Shown here in pieces: positions 39,117 through 47,689 of a DNA stretch of 54,475 nt. The position numbers and the translations under genes are program-made. Under the pieces are notes generated by a model. It saw nothing but the letters and a program-made list of their open reading frames with translations, was not told the origin of the DNA and ran no database searches. Source of the stretch: Ignavibacteria bacterium. GTDB lineage: Bacteria > Bacteroidota > Ignavibacteria > Tepidaquicellales > OLB5. How positions within the stretch are numbered: the stretch's first letter is position 1; every line of letters begins with the position of its first letter. The stretch covers positions 1 through 54,475 of the forward strand of contig JABFSP010000207.1 in assembly GCA_013140565.1 (NCBI GenBank), written 5' to 3'.

Positions 39117-40103
39117 TTACTCTTCCAGATTTCTCAGCGCAATTCCGCAGCTTGCTGAATACTTATATGAAATTTTCCTCAGCTTATCGTTCTTTAAAAA
39201 TATATCTGATGCATTCATATTCTCAAACGGATTAATAATATGAATTGCAGCCAGTCCCTGTTTTTGAACTGATTCAATTGTATCATCCTTTATTTCATCA
39301 CCGTAAAAGTACATTTCATCCACCCTGCCTGAGATCGGTTCAGATCTTATCACCGAACTAAGCTTCCTGGTAAGGCTTAAATTAAATTCGTTATCGTTAT
39401 AATATTTAGAATGGGCGTAGAATTTATATTTCCCGTTTTCAATGAAGCCGTAATCTATTCTGCCCCGTTTTAAACCCACAAGCAGAACGTTCTTCCCTTT
39501 TAGTTTCTCACTGTAATTTATCCTTACTGCGTTTTCCGCAGAAAAATGGTCAATATCAATTACGCTTAATTCCAGTGAACATATCTTGAAAATCCGTTTT
39601 ATGAATTCAACGGTATTTTTCTGCACGGCTATTATAAGGAAATCATCACTGTTCTTGCATGGCAGAACATTATTAAGCCTGTATGTATTTATCAGGAAGT
39701 CGTTGTAGTTATCCGGAAAGTAGTTGGAAAGCTCCCAGTAAATTTTTGAATTTATTGACTGTTTGCCTTCAGAATAATCTACAGGCAGCATTAGCGTGAA
39801 TGCCTGTGATGAACTTATTGTCAAACCGGCTTTGCTTATGTTCAGGTTTCGTTTAGTGATGTAAGTGCTTAATTCACTCGAAATATTTGCAAGATCTTTC
39901 TGGCTGCTTTTGTACTTGCCAAGCTCATCTTCAAAATCAAAATTTACTTTCACCGAATCTATGTGGTCAACTTTCGGATTACTGCCGCTGCCTACCAGTT
40001 CAGTAAAATAGATCCTGTTGCCTGAAAAACCAATTCCTAATGATCTGTTCAATATTTCCTCTTTAATTGTTACAAAATTAAGGGTTATTAAATCCGCAAT
40101 CAA
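39117..40103 (-). CDS. Hypothetical protein, possibly a PilM-like actin-fold protein
   Basis: TTG start. It shows a loose PilM-like layout: LGIGFSGNRIYFTEL at the N-terminus, SLELSVIDIDHFSAENAV in the middle, and a C-terminal ..SCGIALRNL. There are no clear ATP-binding motifs, so the call is weak. Confidence 0.3.
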   Translation of the reverse strand: MIADLITLNFVTIKEEILNRSLGIGFSGNRIYFTELVGSGSNPKVDHIDSVKVNFDFEDELGKYKSSQKDLANISSELSTYITKRNLNISKAGLTISSSQAFTLMLPVDYSEGKQSINSKIYWELSNYFPDNYNDFLINTYRLNNVLPCKNSDDFLIIAVQKNTVEFIKRIFKICSLELSVIDIDHFSAENAVRINYSEKLKGKNVLLVGLKRGRIDYGFIENGKYKFYAHSKYYNDNEFNLSLTRKLSSVIRSEPISGRVDEMYFYGDEIKDDTIESVQKQGLAAIHIINPFENMNASDIFLKNDKLRKISYKYSASCGIALRNLEE

Positions 40104-40144
40104 TCAATTTTGATATACTTTGTTAACTTTCTCAATCTTAAAAA

Positions 40145-40645
40145 TTATTCCGTAATAATGTGGTTTTTAATATCATCAAACTTTTTATCACCAATGCCCT
40201 TCACTTTTTTCAGTTCTTCCGGGCTGCTGAACTTACCGTTAGTTTCACGGTATTCAATGATCCTTTCGGCCATTACCTGGCCAATTCCGGGCAGCTCAAG
40301 CAGATCCGCTGCCAAAGCAGTATTGATATTCACTTTAACTCCAGGCTTCAGCGATCTTCTTTCCTTTGCATTATTCTCAATTTCAAGTCCCAGGCTATCT
40401 GCAAGTGCATTTAGTTCTGTTGATCTTAGTTTAGCGTTACTATCACCCGGGGCAGACTTTAATTCCTCATAAGTGCTCTTCAGCCTGCTTTCGAAGTTTT
40501 TATCAGTTTCGCTGTAATCATATTCATTGGCTTTTTTCCAGCCGGAATATTTCACAAGCAGTCCGGCACAAAATGTAACAAGCAGAAAACTTATTACACC
40601 AAGTTCCTTTGAAGTCAATCCTGTTTTTTTTATGAACTTCTTCAT
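40145..40645 (-). CDS. ComEA-family helix-hairpin-helix DNA-binding protein
   Basis: N-terminal membrane anchor. C-terminal tandem HhH segment VNINTALAADLLELPGIGQVMAERIIEYRETNGKFSSPEELKKVKGIGDKKFDDIK. Confidence 0.75.
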   Translation of the reverse strand: MKKFIKKTGLTSKELGVISFLLVTFCAGLLVKYSGWKKANEYDYSETDKNFESRLKSTYEELKSAPGDSNAKLRSTELNALADSLGLEIENNAKERRSLKPGVKVNINTALAADLLELPGIGQVMAERIIEYRETNGKFSSPEELKKVKGIGDKKFDDIKNHIITE

Positions 40646-40660
40646 AAGGGAGCGCGCTTA

Positions 40661-41833
40661 TCAGGTAAATGAATCTTTTACTTTACTGAAAAATCCTTTT
40701 GACTTTGGATCAGAATGTTTACCTTTTGGTTTCAGGTGTTCGGATGCGGAAAGTTCTTTGAATGCTTCTTTTTCTTTATTGGTAAGTTTTGTCGGGATAT
40801 ATACATTTATGTGAACAAGCTGGTCACCTTTGCCTGAATGATTCAGATGTTTAATACCCTTATCGCGCAGCCGCAGTATCTTTCCGGGTTGTGTTCCCGG
40901 ATCTATTTTAAGCATTACTGTTCCACCCAGCACCGGTATTTCTGTTTCAGTACCAAGCACAGCATCTGATATACTTATTGTAAGATCGAAGAGTACATCA
41001 TCCTGTTCCCGGATAAAAAATTTGTGTTCCGCTTCCTCTATTAATACTATCAGGTCACCCGCACCGCCGCCTCTGGCGCCGGAGTCGCCTTCGCCTCTTA
41101 ATGGAATGTAATTACCTGTTGAAACACCAGCGGGAATGTTCACTTTAAGTGTTGCTTCCCTGCGTTCTCTTCCTTCTCCGTGGCAGAACTGGCACTTCTC
41201 TTTTATTACTCTTCCTTCGCCGTTGCATGTGGGACAGATCTGTATATTAACAAACTGCCCGAACATGGAGCGCGATACTGTTCTTACTTCACCGCTGCCG
41301 TTACATGTTGTACATTCCGCGGTTCCAGATGATGCTTTCGCGCCGCTGCCGCTGCAATGTTCACATTTTTCATGTCTTTTGATCTTCAGGGTTTTTTCAA
41401 CACCGGCTGCAATTTCTTCGAGTGTAAGCCTCAGGTTAATTTTCAGGTCATTTCCCTGGATACCGGGTTGTTTATGCCTGCCGCTGTGACGCCTTTGTCC
41501 GCCGGAGCCGAAGATCTCATCAAAAATACTTCCGCCGCCAAAAATATCACTGAAATGTGAAAATATATCGTTTACATTTCCAAATCCCTGGTCAAATCCG
41601 CTGCCGCGCATACCCGCATGACCAAACTGGTCATACCTTGCTTTCTTATTTGGGTCACTTAAAACTTCATAAGCTTCGGCTGCTTCTTTGAATTTCGCTT
41701 CTGCTTCAGAATCCCCGGGGTTTCTGTCAGGGTGATATTTCATTGCGAGTTTCCTGTATGAAGTCTTAATTTCAATTTCGGTTGACTGCTTGCTGACTCC
41801 TAATATTTCGTAATAATCTCTTTTGGATGACAT
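40661..41833 (-). CDS. dnaJ: Molecular chaperone DnaJ
   Basis: J-domain DYYEILGV...YHPDRNPGD. G/F-rich region. Four CxxCxGxG zinc-finger repeats (CEHCSGSG, CTTCNGSG, CPTCNGEG, CQFCHGEG). Confidence 0.95.
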   Translation of the reverse strand: MSSKRDYYEILGVSKQSTEIEIKTSYRKLAMKYHPDRNPGDSEAEAKFKEAAEAYEVLSDPNKKARYDQFGHAGMRGSGFDQGFGNVNDIFSHFSDIFGGGSIFDEIFGSGGQRRHSGRHKQPGIQGNDLKINLRLTLEEIAAGVEKTLKIKRHEKCEHCSGSGAKASSGTAECTTCNGSGEVRTVSRSMFGQFVNIQICPTCNGEGRVIKEKCQFCHGEGRERREATLKVNIPAGVSTGNYIPLRGEGDSGARGGGAGDLIVLIEEAEHKFFIREQDDVLFDLTISISDAVLGTETEIPVLGGTVMLKIDPGTQPGKILRLRDKGIKHLNHSGKGDQLVHINVYIPTKLTNKEKEAFKELSASEHLKPKGKHSDPKSKGFFSKVKDSFT

Positions 41834-41838
41834 CTTAT

Positions 41839-42411
41839 TTATTCCGGTTTAGATGAAACAACTACCTTGGCGTGTCTCAAAACTTTATCTTTTAAGTAGT
41901 AACCTTTTTCAACAGTGTTTAGTACTGTTTCAGGTTCTTTTTCCTCATCAGGCTGCTGTAAAATTGCTTCATGCAGGTTTACGTCAAATTGCGTACCATC
42001 AGATTTCATTGGTTTGAGTCCCTGTTTTTCGAGTACACTTCTGAATTTGGCGTAAACCAGGTCAATTCCTTTTTTAAGCGCGTCTTTATCGTGGCTCTTA
42101 TCAAATGATTCCATTGTTCTGTCAAAATCGTCAAGTACCGGCAGCATATCGCTTAATACTCTTTCGCCGGCATATGCGAAAAATTCAGTGCGCTCAGCAT
42201 CTGTTCTTCTTTTATAATTCTCAAATTCAGCCGCAGTTCTTAAATACTGGTCTTTATACAGTGCTGCCTGATTCTCAAGCTCAGCAATCCTGTTCAGTTC
42301 TTCATTTGTTTCAGGTTCCTGTTCATTCGGTATTTCTGCAGTGCTGTCTTCTGATTCTTTTATTTTGATTTCGGTTACTTTTTCCTGTTTTTCTTTTTTG
42401 TTCTTTATCAT
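41839..42411 (-). CDS. grpE: Nucleotide exchange factor GrpE
   Basis: Acidic N-terminus, coiled-coil segment ..YLRTAAEFENYKRR.., and a C-terminal beta domain. It lies between hrcA and dnaJ. Confidence 0.9.
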   Translation of the reverse strand: MIKNKKEKQEKVTEIKIKESEDSTAEIPNEQEPETNEELNRIAELENQAALYKDQYLRTAAEFENYKRRTDAERTEFFAYAGERVLSDMLPVLDDFDRTMESFDKSHDKDALKKGIDLVYAKFRSVLEKQGLKPMKSDGTQFDVNLHEAILQQPDEEKEPETVLNTVEKGYYLKDKVLRHAKVVVSSKPE

Positions 42412-42449
42412 AATTTCACTGATTTTTTATCTTTACCGGTATAATTTTA

Positions 42450-42563
42450 TCAGGTTCTTTCTGTAATGATCCTGGATGTAAAATCAAGCATTGATACCAT
42501 TTTTGAATAATTCATTCTTTTGGGTCCGATAAGGGCAATTCTTCCTTTAATATCACCTACAAT
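42450..42563 (-). other. hrcA: In-frame continuation of hrcA beyond its TAA, encoding the conserved HrcA C-terminal motif
   Basis: Directly after TAA (42564-42566) the same frame reads IVGDIKGRIALIGPKRMNYSKMVSMLDFTSRIITERT, followed by TGA at 42450-42452. G.I..IGP.RM.Y is the canonical HrcA C-terminal signature. Confidence 0.75.
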
Positions 42564-43475
42564 TTATTCAGATGAGACTATACTGTAATCCTTCAGCTTT
42601 TCATCTTTGTTTTCTGATCCGATTGAAATGGAAATTCCGTTCGAATCAACAGGCATATTGTTCAGAACGTGAACCACGATATTTTTTTCATCAGTTAGCT
42701 CAATTATATTTTTATAGTTCTGTGTATCTCCAAACTCCGGCTGTGAAAGTATCTCTGTAGTTCCGCCTATATAAAGGGTCATACCTTCTTTCTCGTCCTG
42801 GAATATCTTATCAATTGAATCTATGAATACTTTCATTATCTCTTTTGAATCATTCTGAATATCTTTAATTCTTTCAAGAAACGTACTTCTTATTTCTGTT
42901 AAAGTTAAACCGCTCAGTTTTTCATTCAGTATTCCGGTCACGCGCTCTATTTTATCTCTTGGAATACCCGATTCCACATCAAACAATAATGTGCGCATTA
43001 ACCCTGATTTAATTGACACCACAACAAGCAGTTTGGTTGAAGAGAGATTGACAAGTTCAAGCTTTTCGAATATACCCTGTGAGAGATACGGCTGAGAAAC
43101 AATACTTATTTCCTTAGAAAGCCTTCCGAGTATTCTTGATACTTCTTTGTAAATTTCATCCTGCACAATGTCTCCATCGTTCAGTTGAGTTGTAAGTATA
43201 TCCTTTTCATTCTGAATAAGCGGTTCGGTTTCCATTAATTCATTTACAAAATACCTGTAACCTTTATCGGTCGGCACTCTGCCCCCTGATGTATGATTAT
43301 GTGTAAGAAAATTCAGATCCTCGAGGTCACTCATAACATTTCTAATAGTAGCAGGAGATAGTTTTATATCAGAGGTCTTGGATATATACCTGGACCCAAT
43401 GGGATTGGCGGTATGTATAAATTCCTCTATAATACACCTTAAAATGACTTTTTCCCGATAAGATAATTCATCCAT
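42564..43475 (-). CDS. hrcA: Heat-inducible transcription repressor HrcA (303-aa reading frame ended by a premature in-frame TAA)
   Basis: N-terminal winged-helix region REKVILRCIIEEFIHTANPIGSRYI...SPATIRNVMSDLEDLNFL..HTSGGRVPTDKGYRYFV. The full-length frame including the stop would be 341 codons (42450-43475), which is a typical HrcA size. Confidence 0.85.
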   Translation of the reverse strand: MDELSYREKVILRCIIEEFIHTANPIGSRYISKTSDIKLSPATIRNVMSDLEDLNFLTHNHTSGGRVPTDKGYRYFVNELMETEPLIQNEKDILTTQLNDGDIVQDEIYKEVSRILGRLSKEISIVSQPYLSQGIFEKLELVNLSSTKLLVVVSIKSGLMRTLLFDVESGIPRDKIERVTGILNEKLSGLTLTEIRSTFLERIKDIQNDSKEIMKVFIDSIDKIFQDEKEGMTLYIGGTTEILSQPEFGDTQNYKNIIELTDEKNIVVHVLNNMPVDSNGISISIGSENKDEKLKDYSIVSSE

Positions 43476-43479
43476 ATTT

Positions 43480-43506
43480 TTAGCACTAATATAGATTAAT
43501 TGCTAA
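43480..43506. promoter_or_regulatory. CIRCE-like operator (HrcA binding site) upstream of hrcA
   Basis: TTAGCACTA-N9-AATTGCTAA compared with consensus TTAGCACTC-N9-GAGTGCTAA. The left arm matches 8/9, the right arm 7/9, and the 9-nt spacer is correct. It starts 5 nt upstream of the hrcA ATG. Confidence 0.7.
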
Positions 43507-43789
43507 CAAACTATAATAGTTTCCTTAACTGTAATATTAGTCAAAAAAGGATTGTTCTTCAATGTATTATAATATATCCCCCATATTCACGTTATTTTTA
43601 AATAAACTCTGATTTTTTGATCTTACATGTTGTTTTTACATCACGTAAATTAAGTATTATGAAGAAATCAAATCATCTAACCTAAACACGGTATTACGTA
43701 ACTTGTTTATATTAATTAAATTTGAAAATCTAATTAACTAAAACTATTATATGAATCTAGGGGATATATTCATTAATACTGGAGGAATC

Positions 43790-46700
43790 ATGATATTCTA
43801 TAAAAGATTTGCGTTAAGTATCATTTTGTTTATGGTACTTGTAAATTATACAAACTCCCAGCCTCTCACAGGTACTTATAATGTGGGTTCAGGACAGACA
43901 TTCACAACTTTAACCGACTCAAATGCTGCCGGATTCTTTCACGCAGTAAATACAAGAGGTTTAAGCGGCAATGTTACTTTAAGTGTAACATCCAACATAA
44001 CTGAATCCGGAACGGTTGAGCTGTATCAATGGTCAGGTTCTCATACTATTACCATAGTACCTTCAAGCGCATCATTAAAAACTATAACAGGTAATGTAGC
44101 GTCGCCGCTGATCGATCTTAATGGAGCTGACCGAGTAACATTTGACGGAAGATTTTCAGGATCGGGCAGATATTTGAGATTTGTGAACACTAACACGGGC
44201 GGACAAACATTCCGATTTATAAATGATGCAACGCTTAATACTATAACATATTGCGTAGTTGACGGAATGAGAGTCGCATCAAACAGCGGGATTATAGATT
44301 TCAGCACAACAACAGGTTCAACAGGAAATGATAACAATACTATTTCAAACTGCACAATGACAGACGCTTCTGGTGGTACTCTGCAAAATGCAATAGTTTC
44401 AAACGGAACTACTACTACTACAGCAAGGAACAACAGCAATATAACAATATCTAATAATCAAATTTCAAACGTTTACAGGAATGCGCAGAGTTGTTCAGCA
44501 ATTTTGCTTCTAAACGGAAGCACAGACTTTACAATTACAGGTAACAGCATGTTTCAGACAGCAACAAGGACGCCAACATCAGCTACAAGCTGGAATATGA
44601 TACATGTAAATACATCAGCGGCAAATAACATTACTATCAGCAATAACTTCCTCGGAGGAACCGCGGTTAACTGCGGCGGTACGGCATGGACAGTAACAGG
44701 GACACAGTCAAATTCCATGTACTTCATCAGAATGCAGACTTCCGGAACAACCACAGCATCAAATATTAACGGTAATACAATTGGCAACATGAGTTTTACA
44801 TCTACACCATCATCAAACGGTGTAACATATTTTGCGGGAATCGTTGTTGAATCAGGTCGTGTAAATATCGGATCAACTACCGGAAATACAATTGGGAATA
44901 CAACATCGAACGGAAACATAACAATAACATTTAATGGTACAGTTGATAATATCATAACAAGGGGCATTATTCATACAGGTACAGGTAATATAGAAAATAA
45001 CATTGTTGGTTCATTCAACTATGCTGGAACAAATAATCAAACAATTAGGCTTGAAAGTATCTATTTTTCAGGTACCCCTACTGCGGGGATCAGCATAAGT
45101 AACAATACAGTAGGAAGCTTAACTACTTCAAACAGTATTCAGCAAACATCATCAACCTTCGAATTTCAGTTAACAGGAATTCACAGCCAGGTCAATACTA
45201 TCCTGGCAACAATAAGCAACAATACAGTATCAAACTTAAGAGTAACAAATACCTCTGCAAATTCAAGGATAAGAGGTATATACCAGTCAAGGAGCACAAG
45301 TGCTTCTCTTTCTGTTACAAATAATACAATATCCAATTTGTACTGCGCAAGCAGCAGTACGGATAGGTATCCTGATAATACTTCACTCATAGGAATGTTC
45401 ACAGGTTCAAGTTCAGTTTCACAAACAATATCAGGAAACACAATAAGCGGACTTTACGGCACAAATAACTCAGATTCATATGTTATGGGATTTGGGTACT
45501 ACAATAATGTTGCTAAAGGGACTTTTGAAAAAAACAGGATATTCAACCTGAACCATTCTTCAACAACCGGCGCAGCCAAGATATGGGGTATCAACGGATT
45601 CTGGGGAAGCTGGAATATTTTAAACAACCAGATAACAATTACAAACGGAGAATTGTCTGATAACTTAAACGGGAACATCAGTCCGGACAAATCAAATAAT
45701 GAAATTATTCCTGAATCAAACTCATATGTTTCGGAAGAAGTTTTGCAGAATTACCTGAAAGATCAAACACTGGTAAAAACTGCCATCGATAAATCAGGTA
45801 ATTATGAGACAGATCTTTCAACAAACGGCGTTGAAATAAAGGGTATTCACGATGAAGCTGAATTCCCGAGTTTATACTATTATAACTCGATCTACATCGG
45901 CGGAACTGCTTCAGGAGGTTCAGCAAATTCATGGGCTTATGATAGACCTCTTTTAGACTGGGCAACAGATGCATCGCTGAGAAATAATCTTTTCTTCAAT
46001 GCCAGAACAGGCGGTACAGGAAGTCATTATGCGATGGGTAACGAAGTTGGATATGACAACTGGACAGGAACATCCGCGGATTACAATGTATATATCGCGC
46101 CAAATTCTTCCAGAATTGCTATCTGGGGCTCAACAAATCAGAATATATACCAGTGGAGAGATTCTTCATTGGGTGATAAACATACCTGGAGCACAACTAC
46201 AGGCGATATTTCTGCTTCAAATCTTTTCACCAGCATTGCAACCGGTGATCTTTCTATCAAAACAGGTAATTGGGAAGCTTGGATCGTCTCCGGAAAAGGT
46301 ATAGCTATAGCTGGAAACGGTACAGATTACAGCGGTAACACAAGACCAACAGCTATTACAGGCGGAACAAGTGATATAGGCAGTTACGAGTTTACAGCTA
46401 CACCCCCGGGAAATCCTTCAGCAACAGCTGATAATGCTCCCGGAAGCGGCGTAACATCTAATTATACGTTATGGGGCAGAGTCATTGTATCAATTAACTG
46501 GGGGGCGGGCGGTTCTGCCTACCCTTCAGCTATTGATGTAAAATATTATTCAGGCGTAAATCATTCGGGTGTTCTTGGAGGCGGGTATTCTAATTCATAC
46601 TGGTCTGTTAACCCGACCGGTTCCCTGACAGGAACAGATTATAATATTTCCATAAACTTTGGAACAAACGAAACTTATACAATTTCAACACCTTCAACAA

Positions 46701-47458
46701 ATACCAGGCTTGCAAAGTATAACGGCACCTGGGAAGTGTTTTCTACACCGGGTACCGGTACATGGCAATCAGAACTGAACTGGGGTTCTGAAATAATAAC
46801 CACCAGGGGTATGAACACATTTTCAGACTACGCATTAACTGACCAGGGCAATCCCCTTCCGGTTGAGCTTTGTTCTTTTAATGCCGTTGTAATAAACAGG
46901 CAGGCAGATCTTTTATGGACAACCTGTTCAGAAATAAACAACAGCGGTTTTGAAATTGAAAGAAGAGATTTTAATCCTGTAACAGCAGCTTACGGTAATT
47001 GGGTAAAAATTGGTTTTGTGCAGGGAAATGGTTCAACAAACCAGCAGCATAATTACAAATACTCAGACCCGAAACTTAACACAGGTAAATACCAGTATCG
47101 TTTAAAACAGATTGATTTCAACGGCAATTTTGAATATCATAATTTAACCGCTCCAAATGATGTAATTATTGGTACACCAAATGTAGCCGATCTTTTCCAG
47201 AACTATCCGAATCCGTCAAATCCAACTTCAAAGGTTGATTTCCAGATTCCTTTCACAGCGAAAGTCTCTCTGAAAGTATATGATATCACAGGAAAAGAAG
47301 TCGCATCATTGATCGAAAAAGATCTGGAAAGCGGTTTCTATACAACAGATTTCAACGGTTCTAATTTAGCAAGCGGCGTTTATTTCTACAGGCTAATCGC
47401 TAATTCTAATGATGGTAACTCATTCAGCAAAACAATGAAACTCATCTTAGTAAAATAA
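43790..47458 (+). CDS. Large right-handed beta-helix (PbH1-type repeat) surface protein with T9SS C-terminal sorting domain
   Basis: GGAGGA lies just upstream of the Met at 43790, followed by signal peptide MIFYKRFALSIILFMVLVNYTNSQ (the ORF-track start is 43751). Many N.TISNN / N.TI.GN turns are present. A conserved beta-sandwich module (LPVELCSFNAVV...LLWTT.SEINNSGFEIERR...YQYRLKQIDFNGNFEY) precedes the CTD FQNYPNPSNP...SGVYFYRL...KLILVK. Confidence 0.7.
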   Translation: MIFYKRFALSIILFMVLVNYTNSQPLTGTYNVGSGQTFTTLTDSNAAGFFHAVNTRGLSGNVTLSVTSNITESGTVELYQWSGSHTITIVPSSASLKTITGNVASPLIDLNGADRVTFDGRFSGSGRYLRFVNTNTGGQTFRFINDATLNTITYCVVDGMRVASNSGIIDFSTTTGSTGNDNNTISNCTMTDASGGTLQNAIVSNGTTTTTARNNSNITISNNQISNVYRNAQSCSAILLLNGSTDFTITGNSMFQTATRTPTSATSWNMIHVNTSAANNITISNNFLGGTAVNCGGTAWTVTGTQSNSMYFIRMQTSGTTTASNINGNTIGNMSFTSTPSSNGVTYFAGIVVESGRVNIGSTTGNTIGNTTSNGNITITFNGTVDNIITRGIIHTGTGNIENNIVGSFNYAGTNNQTIRLESIYFSGTPTAGISISNNTVGSLTTSNSIQQTSSTFEFQLTGIHSQVNTILATISNNTVSNLRVTNTSANSRIRGIYQSRSTSASLSVTNNTISNLYCASSSTDRYPDNTSLIGMFTGSSSVSQTISGNTISGLYGTNNSDSYVMGFGYYNNVAKGTFEKNRIFNLNHSSTTGAAKIWGINGFWGSWNILNNQITITNGELSDNLNGNISPDKSNNEIIPESNSYVSEEVLQNYLKDQTLVKTAIDKSGNYETDLSTNGVEIKGIHDEAEFPSLYYYNSIYIGGTASGGSANSWAYDRPLLDWATDASLRNNLFFNARTGGTGSHYAMGNEVGYDNWTGTSADYNVYIAPNSSRIAIWGSTNQNIYQWRDSSLGDKHTWSTTTGDISASNLFTSIATGDLSIKTGNWEAWIVSGKGIAIAGNGTDYSGNTRPTAITGGTSDIGSYEFTATPPGNPSATADNAPGSGVTSNYTLWGRVIVSINWGAGGSAYPSAIDVKYYSGVNHSGVLGGGYSNSYWSVNPTGSLTGTDYNISINFGTNETYTISTPSTNTRLAKYNGTWEVFSTPGTGTWQSELNWGSEIITTRGMNTFSDYALTDQGNPLPVELCSFNAVVINRQADLLWTTCSEINNSGFEIERRDFNPVTAAYGNWVKIGFVQGNGSTNQQHNYKYSDPKLNTGKYQYRLKQIDFNGNFEYHNLTAPNDVIIGTPNVADLFQNYPNPSNPTSKVDFQIPFTAKVSLKVYDITGKEVASLIEKDLESGFYTTDFNGSNLASGVYFYRLIANSNDGNSFSKTMKLILVK

Positions 47459-47553
47459 TGCAATTATTTTACAACCTTGTTTCTAAGGCGTGTGAAGTAG
47501 AGCTTTTTAGATTGTTATTTCTCCATTAGAGGAAATACAGTTACATATCCCCC

Positions 47554-47583
47554 GCAAAAGGCAGGTAAATTCCTGCCTTTTGC
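47554..47583 (+). terminator. Rho-independent terminator after the beta-helix protein gene
   Basis: Perfect 12-bp stem GCAAAAGGCAGG / CCTGCCTTTTGC with a 6-nt loop and a T-rich tail. Confidence 0.65.
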
Positions 47584-47689
47584 ATTTATTGTTAGTCATT
47601 TTCGCTATTTTTAACGTATTGATTAAATTTCACTTACAATATTATTGTTTTTGTATTATTTTGAGTGAGAAATACTAATCTCATTTGCA

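Noticed and set aside
40110-40472. 120-aa plus-strand ORF (with 40160-40414) opposite the ComEA-like gene
   Set aside because: It is antisense to a gene with clear HhH motifs. The composition is Ser/Leu/Phe-rich and low in complexity, as is typical of shadow ORFs.
42564-42566. The possibility that the in-frame TAA in hrcA reflects a reassigned stop codon
   Set aside because: TAA is used as the terminator of many well-supported genes in this window (for example at 2300-2302, 4021-4023 and 9677-9679). A genome-wide reassignment is therefore not tenable.
43513-43544. Sigma-70-like promoter for hrcA on the minus strand (TTGACT at 43539-43544, TATTAT at 43513-43518)
   Set aside because: The hexamers are good, but the spacer is 20 nt, which is outside the usual 16 to 18. 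This is not enough evidence to call it without transcript mapping.
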